Positions 17,801 to 25,565 of a DNA stretch of 64,000 bases are shown in pieces. Source of the stretch: Polyangia bacterium (lineage in GTDB: Bacteria > Myxococcota_A > Polyangia > Fen-1088); assembly GCA_036267635.1 (NCBI GenBank), contig DATAVR010000017.1, positions 2,912 through 66,911 on the forward strand. The letters are read 5' to 3'. Made by a program: the position numbers and the translations under genes. Numbering within the stretch: the stretch's first letter is position 1; every line of letters starts with the position of its first letter. Below the pieces are notes generated by a model that did no database searches, was not told the DNA's origin, and was given only the letters and a program-made list of their open reading frames with translations.

Positions 17801-19859
17801 CGCCACCGCCTGCACCATCTCGTGCACGACGGCCGCCAACTGCGCAGCCAGCGCGCAGTGCACCGGCGGCCTCTGCGTCGCCTGCACCGGCACCACCTGC
17901 CTGGCCAACGGCGCCGCCTGCACCGCCGGCAGCCAGTGCACCACCGGCTCGTGCGTCGACGGGTTCTGTTGCAACACCACCTGCACCGGCACCTGCACCG
18001 CCTGCTCCGCCGCCAAGACCGGCGGGACCAACGGCACCTGCGCCAACGTCGCGGCCGGCACGACCGACGCCCGCTGCGTGGCCGCCCCGCCCTGCGGCAA
18101 CACCGGCGCCTGCACCGCCAGCGGCTCTTGCGCCCTCGCGCCGACCACCACCTCCTGCCGCGCGGCGAGCTGCGCCACCGGCACCGCCACCGCCGCCGCC
18201 AATTGCAACGGCGCCGGCGCCTGCCCGACCGCGGTCACCAGCGCCTGCACGCCGTTCATCTGCGGCGCCACCGCCTGCAAGACCACCTGCGCCGCCGACA
18301 CCGACTGCGTGAGCGGCGACTTCTGCTCCGGCACCGCCTGCACCGCGAAGAAGACGACCGGCAGCGCCTGCACGACGGCCAGTCAGTGCACCTCCGCGGC
18401 GTGCGTCGACGGCTTCTGCTGCAACAGCGCCTGCACCGGCGCCTGCACCGCCTGCTCGAACGCCAAGACCGGCGCCGCCAACGGCACTTGCGCCGGCACC
18501 ACCGCCGGCGCCACCGACACGCGCTGCGTGGCCGCTCCGCCCTGCGGCAACACCGGCACTTGCAGCGGCAGCGGCAGCTGCGCCGTCGCGCCGGCCACCA
18601 CCTCCTGCCGCGCCGCCAGCTGCGCGAGCGGTGTCGCCACCGCCGCCTCCAGCTGCAACGGCACCGGCGCCTGCCCGACGGCGGTCACCAGCTCCTGTGG
18701 CCTGTTCGCCTGCGGGACCACCGCCTGCAAGACCACCTGCGCCGCCGACACCGACTGCGCGAGCGGTGACGCCTGCTCCGGCACCACCTGCGTCGCCAAG
18801 CAGTCCAACGGGACCGCCTGCACCACCGCCACGCAATGTTCCTCGGGCGCGTGTGTCGACGGGCTCTGCTGCAACAGCGCCTGCACCGGCGCCTGCACCG
18901 CCTGCTCGAACGCCAAGACCGGCGCCGCCAACGGCACTTGCGCCAGCACCACGGCCGGCGCCACCGACACGCGCTGCGTGGCGGCTCCGCCCTGCGGGAA
19001 CACCGGCGCTTGCAGCGGCAGCGGCGCCTGCGCCGTCGCGCCGACCACCACCTCTTGTCGCGCCGCCAGCTGCGCCAGCAGCACCGCGACCGCCGCCGCC
19101 AACTGCAACGGCGCCGGCGCCTGCCCGACCACCGTCACGGCGGCCTGCACGCCCTACGTCTGCGGCACGACCGCCTGCAAGACCACCTGCACGACCGCCG
19201 CCGACTGCATCACCGGCGACAGCTGCACGACGGGCGTCTGCACGGCGCCGGCGGCGACCTGCACCGCGGCGATCGCCGTCGTGGACGACTTCGAGGACGA
19301 CAACAACCAGATCAGACTGCTCGACGGTCGCAACGGCCCGCTCTACACCTACGCCGACACGACCGGCTCGACCATCACGCCGGCCGCGGGCGCCATCTTC
19401 GCGCCGACCGCGCCGGGCGACGTCACGCCGAAGTTCGCGGCGCACGTCTCGGGCAAGCTGTCGACCGCCGCTACGGTGTGGGCCGGCTTCGGCATGGACT
19501 TCCTGACGCCGAAGGCGCTCTACAACGCCTCGAAGTACACCGGCATCTCGTTCTACGCCAAGAAGGGCTCCTCGACCGCCTCGAGCGCCGTCCGGGTGAA
19601 GGTGCCCGACCGCAACACCGATCCGACGGGCGGCGTCTGCACCTCCTGCTCGAACGACTTCGGCTCCGACCTGACGCTGACGACCACCTGGACCAAGTTC
19701 ACCCTCCCGTTCACCAGCCTGACCCAGCAGGCCGGTTGGGGCGCGCCCCGCCCCGCCCACCTCGATCCGACCGGCGTCGTGGCCGTGCAATTTCAGGTGA
19801 CGGCCGCGGGCGCCAACTACGACATCTGGCTCGACGACGTCACGTTCACCTGCAACTGA
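14862..19859 (+). CDS. 1665-aa modular lipoprotein: PQQ-type beta-propeller, c-type cytochrome domain, five Cys-rich repeats, CBM11/CIA30-like domain
   Basis: AAGGGAG SD before GTG 14862; lipobox TVGC; VLTQHND..RTGAN..ET.L...NV...FGKL propeller start; CANCH at 16698-16712 with later LMP and W...GA; repeats; C-terminal VDDFED...G.W/Y..Y.D...WAG.G...Y.GISF.AK...W.KF..PF..L...Q.W domain. Confidence 0.85.
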   Translation: MGIRRGFVVGCGLLGAVWTVGCVVPSSPDEPAATTRVQSAVSGFAGVLTQHNDLGRTGANLSETILNTSNVKVGTFGKLHALAVTGQVYAQPLYMPSIQTTNGIKNLVFIATEANDVYAYNADSPWDLVWSRTNFEMPWASTACSNTQPLLGISSTPVIDPLSMTMYVAAKTNQGGVFKYMLHALNLTNGADRTGSPIDMSLDGSQHPLTVPGTGDGAPDGGSGITFDPMRQLNRVGLTLSQGVLFVGFASHCDTNNYHGWILRFDTSFSPPKPLAPFVTNPNTGHGGLWMGGAGFSVDANNDLYFVSGDGEKGKTTTDGKQLANAFVRLTTVGPTQTPTVGSWFMPSDVANLDTLDQDLGAAGPLLIPGTNRILGGGKGGIYYLLDRTTMGGFVAGSTPEAAAIQRFAPTATGNWIVGSPIFWNSPAGARIYTWPGGTPLASYAFDLTAQKFTSTTPLAQGTVNPTDPQGGHLSLSANGSLAGTGIVWANHGLASEGNGMPVAGALYAFNAENVAQKLWDSTLVSSDTLTSYAKYTPPTVANGKVYVATFSGEVDVYGLLATPTDAGVRDAAPDLPITTVLHCGGFDGGAPQPTTWTYVYNTYFGPGTAGHCANCHGNAAPGGFSTGTSLAATTKDTFYSGLVAIGQISTTAGTSSALGNPAQSALSWFGPMRTSSAGLLMPQDQQALNPAAVAAVCGWVAAGALDDAANGTACTSGSQCTSGSCVNGFCCNTTCTGTCTACSAAKTGGTNGTCANVTAGTTDARCVAAPPCGNTGACTATGSCALAPTTTSCRAASCATGTATAAANCNGAGACPTAVTSVCTPFICGATACKTTCAADTDCVSGDFCSGTACTAKKANGGACTATDQCTSGACVDGFCCNTACTGACTACSNAKTGAANGTCANTTAGASDTRCVTAPPCGNTGACSGSGTCAFAPTTTSCRAASCASGTATTAANCNGAGACPTAVTKSCAPFICGATACTISCTTAANCAASAQCTGGLCVACTGTTCLANGAACTAGSQCTTGSCVDGFCCNTTCTGTCTACSAAKTGGTNGTCANVAAGTTDARCVAAPPCGNTGACTASGSCALAPTTTSCRAASCATGTATAAANCNGAGACPTAVTSACTPFICGATACKTTCAADTDCVSGDFCSGTACTAKKTTGSACTTASQCTSAACVDGFCCNSACTGACTACSNAKTGAANGTCAGTTAGATDTRCVAAPPCGNTGTCSGSGSCAVAPATTSCRAASCASGVATAASSCNGTGACPTAVTSSCGLFACGTTACKTTCAADTDCASGDACSGTTCVAKQSNGTACTTATQCSSGACVDGLCCNSACTGACTACSNAKTGAANGTCASTTAGATDTRCVAAPPCGNTGACSGSGACAVAPTTTSCRAASCASSTATAAANCNGAGACPTTVTAACTPYVCGTTACKTTCTTAADCITGDSCTTGVCTAPAATCTAAIAVVDDFEDDNNQIRLLDGRNGPLYTYADTTGSTITPAAGAIFAPTAPGDVTPKFAAHVSGKLSTAATVWAGFGMDFLTPKALYNASKYTGISFYAKKGSSTASSAVRVKVPDRNTDPTGGVCTSCSNDFGSDLTLTTTWTKFTLPFTSLTQQAGWGAPRPAHLDPTGVVAVQFQVTAAGANYDIWLDDVTFTCN
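16989..19250 (+). repeat. Five tandem intragenic repeats of about 450 nt (150 aa, 24 Cys each)
   Basis: Units start at about 16989, 17439, 17904, 18354, 18804; units 1 and 3 are near-identical in DNA. Confidence 0.92.
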
Positions 19860-19922
19860 TCGAACGCGACCAGGCCGACGTCAGAGGCGCACGCGGACGG
19901 CCAGCGCACGCGAAGCGGGCTC

Positions 19923-19950
19923 CCGCGACCCACCCCCTGCTGGGTCGCGG
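19923..19950 (+). terminator. Hairpin, possible intrinsic terminator
   Basis: CCGCGACCCA-8 nt loop-TGGGTCGCGG followed by TGTATT, downstream of the large lipoprotein gene. Confidence 0.45.
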
Positions 19951-20087
19951 TGTATTCGAGCGTCTCGCCTGCCCGCGCCGCACAGGGCCCGCGATCTCAG
20001 CCCAGAACGGAGGCCCCCGGAACCTTCGTCGCGGCGGTCCGAGATTCATCAGGCTCCCTCGCGCGAAGGGATCTAGAATTGGGGCAC

Positions 20088-20417
20088 ATGGAAGAGACTG
20101 CGTTCAATCCCAAACGGCGCCTCTGCCCCGACGGCAGCTGCGTGGGCGTCCTTGGTGCCGACGGGCGCTGCAGCGTTTGCCGGCGCTCCGCGGGAGCGGG
20201 TGGCGACTCGCCAGCTGAGTCGTTTGCCGATTCGTCCGGCGATACGTCTGCTGAGATCTTGGCCGCCGCCGGCGATGACGACGCGCGCGCCTCCGAGAGA
20301 GGGGACGGAGCGAGCTCCGGCTTCGATCCGAGGCGCCGGCTGTGTGACGACGGGAGCTGCGTCGGCGTGGTGGGCGCCACCGGAGTCTGTGGCACCTGCG
20401 GTCGGAGAGCGGACTAG
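20088..20417 (+). CDS. Small protein with duplicated 4-Cys motif (putative double zinc finger)
   Basis: FNPKRRLCPDGSCVGVLGADGRCSVC and FDPRRRLCDDGSCVGVVGATGVCGTC joined by an acidic linker. Confidence 0.72.
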   Translation: MEETAFNPKRRLCPDGSCVGVLGADGRCSVCRRSAGAGGDSPAESFADSSGDTSAEILAAAGDDDARASERGDGASSGFDPRRRLCDDGSCVGVVGATGVCGTCGRRAD

Positions 20418-20418
20418 C

Positions 20419-20778
20419 GTGCCGAGCGTCGCTGTCGTCGGGGCCTCGAGCGCACCGCAGAAGTTCGGCAACAAGGCGGTCCGCGCCTACCTGCGCCGGG
20501 GCTGGACGGTCTACCCGGTGAATCCCAACGAAAAGACGATCGAAGGGCTGCCGGTCTACGCCCGCGTCGAGGATCTGCCGGCCGGCGTGGAGCGCTTCTC
20601 GCTCTACGTGCCGCCCTCCGTCGGGATCACGCTGCTGGAGGCGATCAAGAGCAAGCAGCCGAAGGAGGTCTATCTCAACCCGGGCTCCGAGAGCGACGAG
20701 CTCATCGCCCGCGCCGAGACGTTGGGCCTGGAACCGATCCTCGCCTGTTCGATCATCGAGATCGGCGAGCGGCCTTGA
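20419..20778 (+). CDS. CoA-binding domain protein (YccU-like)
   Basis: VAVVGAS..PQKFG.KAV......G.TVYPVNP....IEG, LNPG, C..I; GTG start 1 nt after the upstream stop. Confidence 0.85.
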   Translation: MPSVAVVGASSAPQKFGNKAVRAYLRRGWTVYPVNPNEKTIEGLPVYARVEDLPAGVERFSLYVPPSVGITLLEAIKSKQPKEVYLNPGSESDELIARAETLGLEPILACSIIEIGERP

Positions 20779-20797
20779 GCTAATCTCGCGCGCCTCG

Positions 20798-21730
20798 ATG
20801 CCGGCTTACGCGGTCAACAGCATGCTCGATCTCATCGGCGGGACGCCGCTGGTGAGGCTGCGCCACCTCGTCGACCCGACGATGGCCGACGTGTTCTGCA
20901 AGTGCGAGCAGTTCAACCCGGGCGGTTCGCTCAAGGATCGGGTGGCGCTCTCGATGATCGAGGCGGGCGAGCGCGACGGAAAGCTCACGCCGGGAGAGTC
21001 GGTGATCATCGAGCCGACCTCCGGCAACACCGGCGTCGGGCTGGCGCTGGTGTCGGCGGCCAAGCGCTATCGCCTCATCCTGACAATGCCCGACAACATG
21101 TCGCTCGAGCGGCGCGCGCTGCTCAAGGCCTACGGGGCCGAGCTGCACCTGACGCCGGCGGCGGCGGTCATGCGCGGCGCGGTCGAGCGCGCCCAAGAAC
21201 TCGCCCGCGATTACCCGCACGCCTTCATGCCGCAGCAATTCAACAACCCGGCCAACGTCGCCGCGCACTACCGCACGACGGGCCCCGAGATCGTCGCCCA
21301 GCTCGGCAACCGCAGCCCGGACGCCTTCGTGCACGGCGTGGGGACGGGCGGGACGATCACCGGCGTCGGGCGGGTGCTGCGGGAGCTGCGCCCCGACGTG
21401 CGCATCGTGGCGGTCGAGCCGGACAAGAGCGCCGTGCTGTCGGGCGGACCGCCGGGCGAGCACCGGATCGACGGCATCGGCGCCGGGTTCGTGCCGGCCA
21501 TCCTCGACAGAGCCGTGCTCTCGGAGGTGCGGACGATCTCCGAAGGCGACGCGCAGCGGACCAAGCTGGCGCTGGCGCGGCGCGAGGGGCTGCTGGTCGG
21601 CATCTCCGCCGGCGCCTCGGTGAAGATCGCGCTCGACGTCGCGCGCGAGCTCGGGCCCGGCAAGACCGTCGTCACCATCCTCTGCGACACCGGCGAGCGG
21701 TACTTCTCGTCGGACGCCTATTTCGAGTAA
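20798..21730 (+). CDS. cysK: Cysteine synthase A (PLP)
   Basis: NPGGSLKDR (PLP Lys), EPTSGNTG, QQFNNPAN, GVGTGGT, H.I.GIGAGF.P, DTGERY.S. Confidence 0.9.
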   Translation: MPAYAVNSMLDLIGGTPLVRLRHLVDPTMADVFCKCEQFNPGGSLKDRVALSMIEAGERDGKLTPGESVIIEPTSGNTGVGLALVSAAKRYRLILTMPDNMSLERRALLKAYGAELHLTPAAAVMRGAVERAQELARDYPHAFMPQQFNNPANVAAHYRTTGPEIVAQLGNRSPDAFVHGVGTGGTITGVGRVLRELRPDVRIVAVEPDKSAVLSGGPPGEHRIDGIGAGFVPAILDRAVLSEVRTISEGDAQRTKLALARREGLLVGISAGASVKIALDVARELGPGKTVVTILCDTGERYFSSDAYFE

Positions 21731-21740
21731 GGGGCCGCGA

Positions 21741-22472
21741 GTGAGCTCCCCGCCGGCCGTGTTGATCCTGGGGGCCGGCGGTCTCGGCTGTCCGGCGGCG
21801 CTGGCGCTGGCGGCGGGCGGCGTCGCGCGGATCGGCGTGGTCGACGACGACCGCGTCGACACCACGAACCTCCACCGCCAGATCCTGTTTTCCGACGCCG
21901 ACGTCGGTGAAGCGAAGGCGACCGCGTTCGCGCGGGCCCTGGCCCGGCGTTTTCCGACCGTCGAGGTGACGCCGCACGCCGTTCGCTTCGAGGTGGAGAA
22001 CGCGCGGGCGCTGGTCGCCGCGTATGACGTCATCGTCGACGGGACCGACAACTTCGCGGCCAAGTTCCTGGCCAACGACGCGGCCGTGCTCTGCGGCAAA
22101 CCGCTGGTCCACGGTGCCGCGGTCGCGCTGGGGGGGCAGATGCTCACCGTCCCCGCCGGCGGGCGCCCCTGTTACCGGTGCCTCTTCGAGGAGCCGCCCC
22201 CTGCGGGCGTCGGCCCCTCGTGTGCGGAAGCTGGCGTGCTGGGTCCGGTGCCGGGCGTCATCGGAGCCTTGCTGGGGGTGGAGGCCGCCCGGCTGGCCAA
22301 AGGCGAAACTCCCGCTTTCGTTGGGCGATTGGTCCAGTATGATTCCCGTTCGATGTCGGTCCGGACCGTCCGCTTCAACCCCAACCCGCTGTGCGCCGTC
22401 TGCGGCCCCGAGGCGCGCATCCGCGACCTGTCGGCCGCCGAGTACCCGGCCGCTGACTGTGCAACACCATGA
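21741..22472 (+). CDS. moeB: ThiF/MoeB-family adenylyltransferase (E1-like), catalytic motifs intact, N-terminal RYxRQ helix absent
   Basis: GAGGLG, DDDRVD.TNLHRQ, K, DGTDN, CYRC, SCAEAGV, CAVC; no rhodanese domain. Confidence 0.88.
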   Translation: MSSPPAVLILGAGGLGCPAALALAAGGVARIGVVDDDRVDTTNLHRQILFSDADVGEAKATAFARALARRFPTVEVTPHAVRFEVENARALVAAYDVIVDGTDNFAAKFLANDAAVLCGKPLVHGAAVALGGQMLTVPAGGRPCYRCLFEEPPPAGVGPSCAEAGVLGPVPGVIGALLGVEAARLAKGETPAFVGRLVQYDSRSMSVRTVRFNPNPLCAVCGPEARIRDLSAAEYPAADCATP

Positions 22473-23740
22473 GCACCGCCCCCGCCATGAACCAACCCTC
22501 GTACGTCCAGGGACTCAGCTGCCGTGAGTGCGGCACGCGCTACGACAAGGCCCCCATCCACGTCTGCGAAAACTGCTTCGGCCCGCTCGAGGTCGCCTAC
22601 GACTACGCCCGCATCGGCCAGGTGCTGACCCGCACCGCGATCGAGGCGCGTCCGAAGTCGATGTGGCGCTACGCCGAGCTGCTGCCGCTCGACGGTCCGC
22701 CCGCGGTCGGGCAGGCGAGCGGGATGACGCCGCTCCTGCGCGCCGATCGCCTGGCCAAGCGGCTCGGGCTCAAGGAGGTGTGGGTGAAGAACGACGCCGT
22801 CAGCTACCCGACGCTGTCGTTCAAGGATCGCGTCGTCTCGGTCGCGGTGTCGAAGGCGATCGAGTTCGGCATCGGCACCATCGCCTGCGCCTCGACCGGA
22901 AACCTGGCCAACGCCACCGCCGCCCAGGCCGCCGCGGCGGGGCTGCCGGCCGTCATCCTGGTCCCCTACGATCTCGAGCCGGCCAAGATCCTCGGCACCA
23001 GCATCTACGGCGCGCGCGTGGTCAGCGTCAAAGGGACCTACGACGACGTCAACCGGTTGTGCTCGGAGATCGCCGGTAAGTACGGCTGGGGCTTCGTCAA
23101 CGTCAACCTCCGCCCGTTCTATGCCGAGGGCTCCAAGAGCTACGCCTACGAGATCGCCGAGCAGCTCGGCTGGCGGCTGCCGGCGCACGTCGTCGTCCCC
23201 ATGGCCGGCGGCTCGCTGGTGACCAAGGTGGGCAAGGCGTTCGGCGAATTCGAGAAGTTGGGCCTCGTCGCGGCGCCCGCGCGCAAGCCGCGCATCCACG
23301 GCGCCCAGGCCGAGGGGTGCGCGCCGATCATCGACATGGTGCTCGAGAACCGCGATCATGTCCGGCCGGTCAAGACGCCGACGAGCATCGCCAAGTCGCT
23401 GGCCATCGGTAACCCGGCCGACGGCTTCTATGCCCGCCAGACGATCATCGGCTCGGGCGGCTGGGCCGCCAAGCCGAACGACGACGAGATCATCGCCGCC
23501 ATGCGCCTCCTGGCCGAGACCGAGGGGATCTTCACCGAGACGGCCGGCGGGGTGACGCTCGGCGCGGCGCTCAAGCTGATCGCCGGCGGTCAGATCGGCA
23601 AGGACGACGGGCCGGTGGTCATCTGCATCACCGGCAACGGGATGAAGACGCAGGACCCGCTGGTCGGCAAGCTGCCCAAGCCGGCGCTGATCGGCCCGCG
23701 CCTCGGTGATTTCGACGATCTGCAGGCGACCTGGACCTGA
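22469..23740 (+). CDS. thrC: Threonine synthase-family PLP enzyme with N-terminal Zn ribbon
   Basis: CREC...C..CFGPL, PT.SFKDR, STGNLA, N.RP.Y.EG.K, P.AGG.L, ETAGG, ITGNG.K; the true substrate is not certain. Confidence 0.8.
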   Translation: MSTAPAMNQPSYVQGLSCRECGTRYDKAPIHVCENCFGPLEVAYDYARIGQVLTRTAIEARPKSMWRYAELLPLDGPPAVGQASGMTPLLRADRLAKRLGLKEVWVKNDAVSYPTLSFKDRVVSVAVSKAIEFGIGTIACASTGNLANATAAQAAAAGLPAVILVPYDLEPAKILGTSIYGARVVSVKGTYDDVNRLCSEIAGKYGWGFVNVNLRPFYAEGSKSYAYEIAEQLGWRLPAHVVVPMAGGSLVTKVGKAFGEFEKLGLVAAPARKPRIHGAQAEGCAPIIDMVLENRDHVRPVKTPTSIAKSLAIGNPADGFYARQTIIGSGGWAAKPNDDEIIAAMRLLAETEGIFTETAGGVTLGAALKLIAGGQIGKDDGPVVICITGNGMKTQDPLVGKLPKPALIGPRLGDFDDLQATWT

Positions 23741-23764
23741 CCTGGACCCAAGAGGAGAGAATTC

Positions 23765-24037
23765 ATGGCCACCATCCGCATACCGACGCCGCTTCGCAAG
23801 CTGACCCAGGGCAAGGAAGAGGTCACCGCGACGGGCGCCACGATCGGCGCCCTCATCGCCAGCCTGGAGACGCAGTACCCGGGGATCAAGGAGCGGATCT
23901 GCGACGACAGCGGTCAGGTCCGCCGCTTCGTCAACATCTTCGCCAACGACGAAGACATCCGCTTCCTCAAGAATCTCGACACGGCCGTCAAGGATACCGA
24001 CGAGATCTCGATCGTTCCGGCGATCGCCGGCGGATGA
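23765..24037 (+). CDS. MoaD/ThiS/CysO-family ubiquitin-like sulfur carrier
   Basis: IRIPTPLR..T.G, RRFVNIF.N.EDIRF, C-terminal IVPAIAGG; strong SD AGAGGAG. Confidence 0.92.
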   Translation: MATIRIPTPLRKLTQGKEEVTATGATIGALIASLETQYPGIKERICDDSGQVRRFVNIFANDEDIRFLKNLDTAVKDTDEISIVPAIAGG

Positions 24038-24597
24038 CCCCCGAAGAGGTCCAACGTTACGCGCGCCAGATCGCGCTCCCCGAAGTCGGCCCCCAAGGAC
24101 AGGCGCGGATCTGCGCCGCGCGCGTGCTGATCGTCGGCGGCGGGCTCGCCGCGGAGACGGCCGCGTCGTATCTGAAGGCCGCCGGCCTGGGCGAGGTGAT
24201 CGCGCGCGAGCTCCCTCCGGGCGACGGTGAGGCTTGGATGACGGCGTTGGCGGGAATCGATCTGGTCGTCCGCGCCGGGTTCGACGACGACGCGATGCTG
24301 GGCGCGGCCAAGCGGCTCGGGCTGCCGGTGATCGTGGTGCGGGCCGCGGCCGCGCAGATCGATCTGCTCTCGTTCCCTCGACGGGCGCCGGCGCCCGAGG
24401 CCTCCCTGGAGGTCCCGCTGCAGGCAGCCGCGACGTCCACCCCGGGCGCAGCCGACGTTCTCGGCGGAGCGCTGGCGGCCGCCGAGGCGCTGGTCCGCCT
24501 GGCGCGCATCGACGGCGAAATTGGCAGGATTCGCCACCTGCGGCTCCCCCTCGACGGCGGCCTGCCGCTGGCGCAGGAGATCGGCGGGCGGGCGTGA
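24034..24597 (+). CDS. Degenerate ThiF/MoeB-like protein (predicted catalytically inactive)
   Basis: Keeps RYARQI.LPEVG..GQ and a Rossmann-like VLIVGGG, but lacks DxD/NLxRQ, the Mg-binding Asp, the Zn-binding CxxC pairs and the active Cys. Confidence 0.8.
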   Translation: MTPEEVQRYARQIALPEVGPQGQARICAARVLIVGGGLAAETAASYLKAAGLGEVIARELPPGDGEAWMTALAGIDLVVRAGFDDDAMLGAAKRLGLPVIVVRAAAAQIDLLSFPRRAPAPEASLEVPLQAAATSTPGAADVLGGALAAAEALVRLARIDGEIGRIRHLRLPLDGGLPLAQEIGGRA

Positions 24598-25565
24598 ACC
24601 AGCAACTCGACGTCGTCCGCCGCGCGCGCCTGCGCGTCGCCGAGCGGGTCACCGACCTCATCGGCGACACGCCGATCGTGCGGCTGCATTGCTTTGAACG
24701 CGATTCGCCCGGCGTCGAGCTGTGGGCCAAGTGCGAGTTCCTCAACCCAGGCGGCTCGGTCAAGGATCGCGCCGCCTACCAGATGATCCGCGACGCCATC
24801 CGCACCGGCGCGCTCAAGCCCGGGCAGACGATCATCGACTCGACGAGCGGCAACACCGGCGTCGCCTACGCGCTCATCGGCGGCGCGCTCGGCTACCCTG
24901 TCACGCTGGTGATGCCCGGCAACGTCTCCTGGGCGCGCCGCAAGATCACCGAGGCGTTCGGGACGACGCTGGTCTTCTCCGATCCGATGGAGGGTTCCGA
25001 CGGCGCGATTCGCCTCTGCCGCAAGATGGTCGACGACAACCCCGGCCACTACTTCTATCCCGACCAGTACTCGAACCTCTCCAACCCGCTCGGCCACTAC
25101 AACACCACGGGGCGGGAGATCTGGGAGCAGACCGAGGGGCGCGTCACCCACTTCGTGACCGGCATCGGCACCACCGGCACGGTGATGGGGACCGGACGCC
25201 GGTTGAAAGAATACCGCCGCGACATCGAGGTCTGGGCGGTCGAACCCGCGGACGCGCTGCACGGCCTCGAGGGGTTGAAGCACATGGAGAGCTCGCTCGT
25301 CCCCGCCATCTACCACCCCGAAGAGCTGAACGGCGTGCTGGCCATGGACACCGACGAGGCCTGGGACGTCTCCGAGCGGCTGGCCAAGGAGGAGGGCCTC
25401 CTGGTCGGCCACTCCTCGGGCGCGTCGCTGGCGGGCGGCCTGCGCATCGCCAGGCGGCTGGTCGCCGCCGGCAAACCGGGCTTCATCGTGACGCTGTTCC
25501 CCGATCGCGCCGAGCGCTACTTCGAGGCGCCGGTCCCGCCGAAAGCCGAGCAGTCGGTCACATGA
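24594..25565 (+). CDS. cysM: Cysteine synthase B family (CysM-like)
   Basis: NPGGSVKDR, DSTSGNTG, DQY.N..N...HY.TTG, GIGTTGT, GLEGLKHM, G.SSGA; GTG overlaps the upstream TGA. Confidence 0.87.
   Translation: MNQQLDVVRRARLRVAERVTDLIGDTPIVRLHCFERDSPGVELWAKCEFLNPGGSVKDRAAYQMIRDAIRTGALKPGQTIIDSTSGNTGVAYALIGGALGYPVTLVMPGNVSWARRKITEAFGTTLVFSDPMEGSDGAIRLCRKMVDDNPGHYFYPDQYSNLSNPLGHYNTTGREIWEQTEGRVTHFVTGIGTTGTVMGTGRRLKEYRRDIEVWAVEPADALHGLEGLKHMESSLVPAIYHPEELNGVLAMDTDEAWDVSERLAKEEGLLVGHSSGASLAGGLRIARRLVAAGKPGFIVTLFPDRAERYFEAPVPPKAEQSVT

Noticed and set aside
16989-19250. Possible CRISPR array or mobile repeat
   Set aside because: Repeats are about 450 nt, in frame and protein-coding, with no unique spacers and no cas genes.
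14823-19790. 1655-aa minus-strand ORF and other long shadow ORFs over the repeat protein (16958-18769, 16916-18373)
   Set aside because: Antisense or frame-shadow products of a very GC-rich, codon-biased gene; low-complexity translations with no motifs.
19960-20070. Possible SAM or other riboswitch upstream of the sulfur operon
   Set aside because: Only a short ATCTC/GAGAT pairing; SAM-I core motifs are absent, and the candidate -10 (TAGAAT) lies downstream of it, leaving no leader.
24034-24597. Calling the degenerate E1 a pseudogene
   Set aside because: The frame is intact, it overlaps both neighbours in coupling-type junctions, and it selectively keeps the RYARQ and dimer helices.
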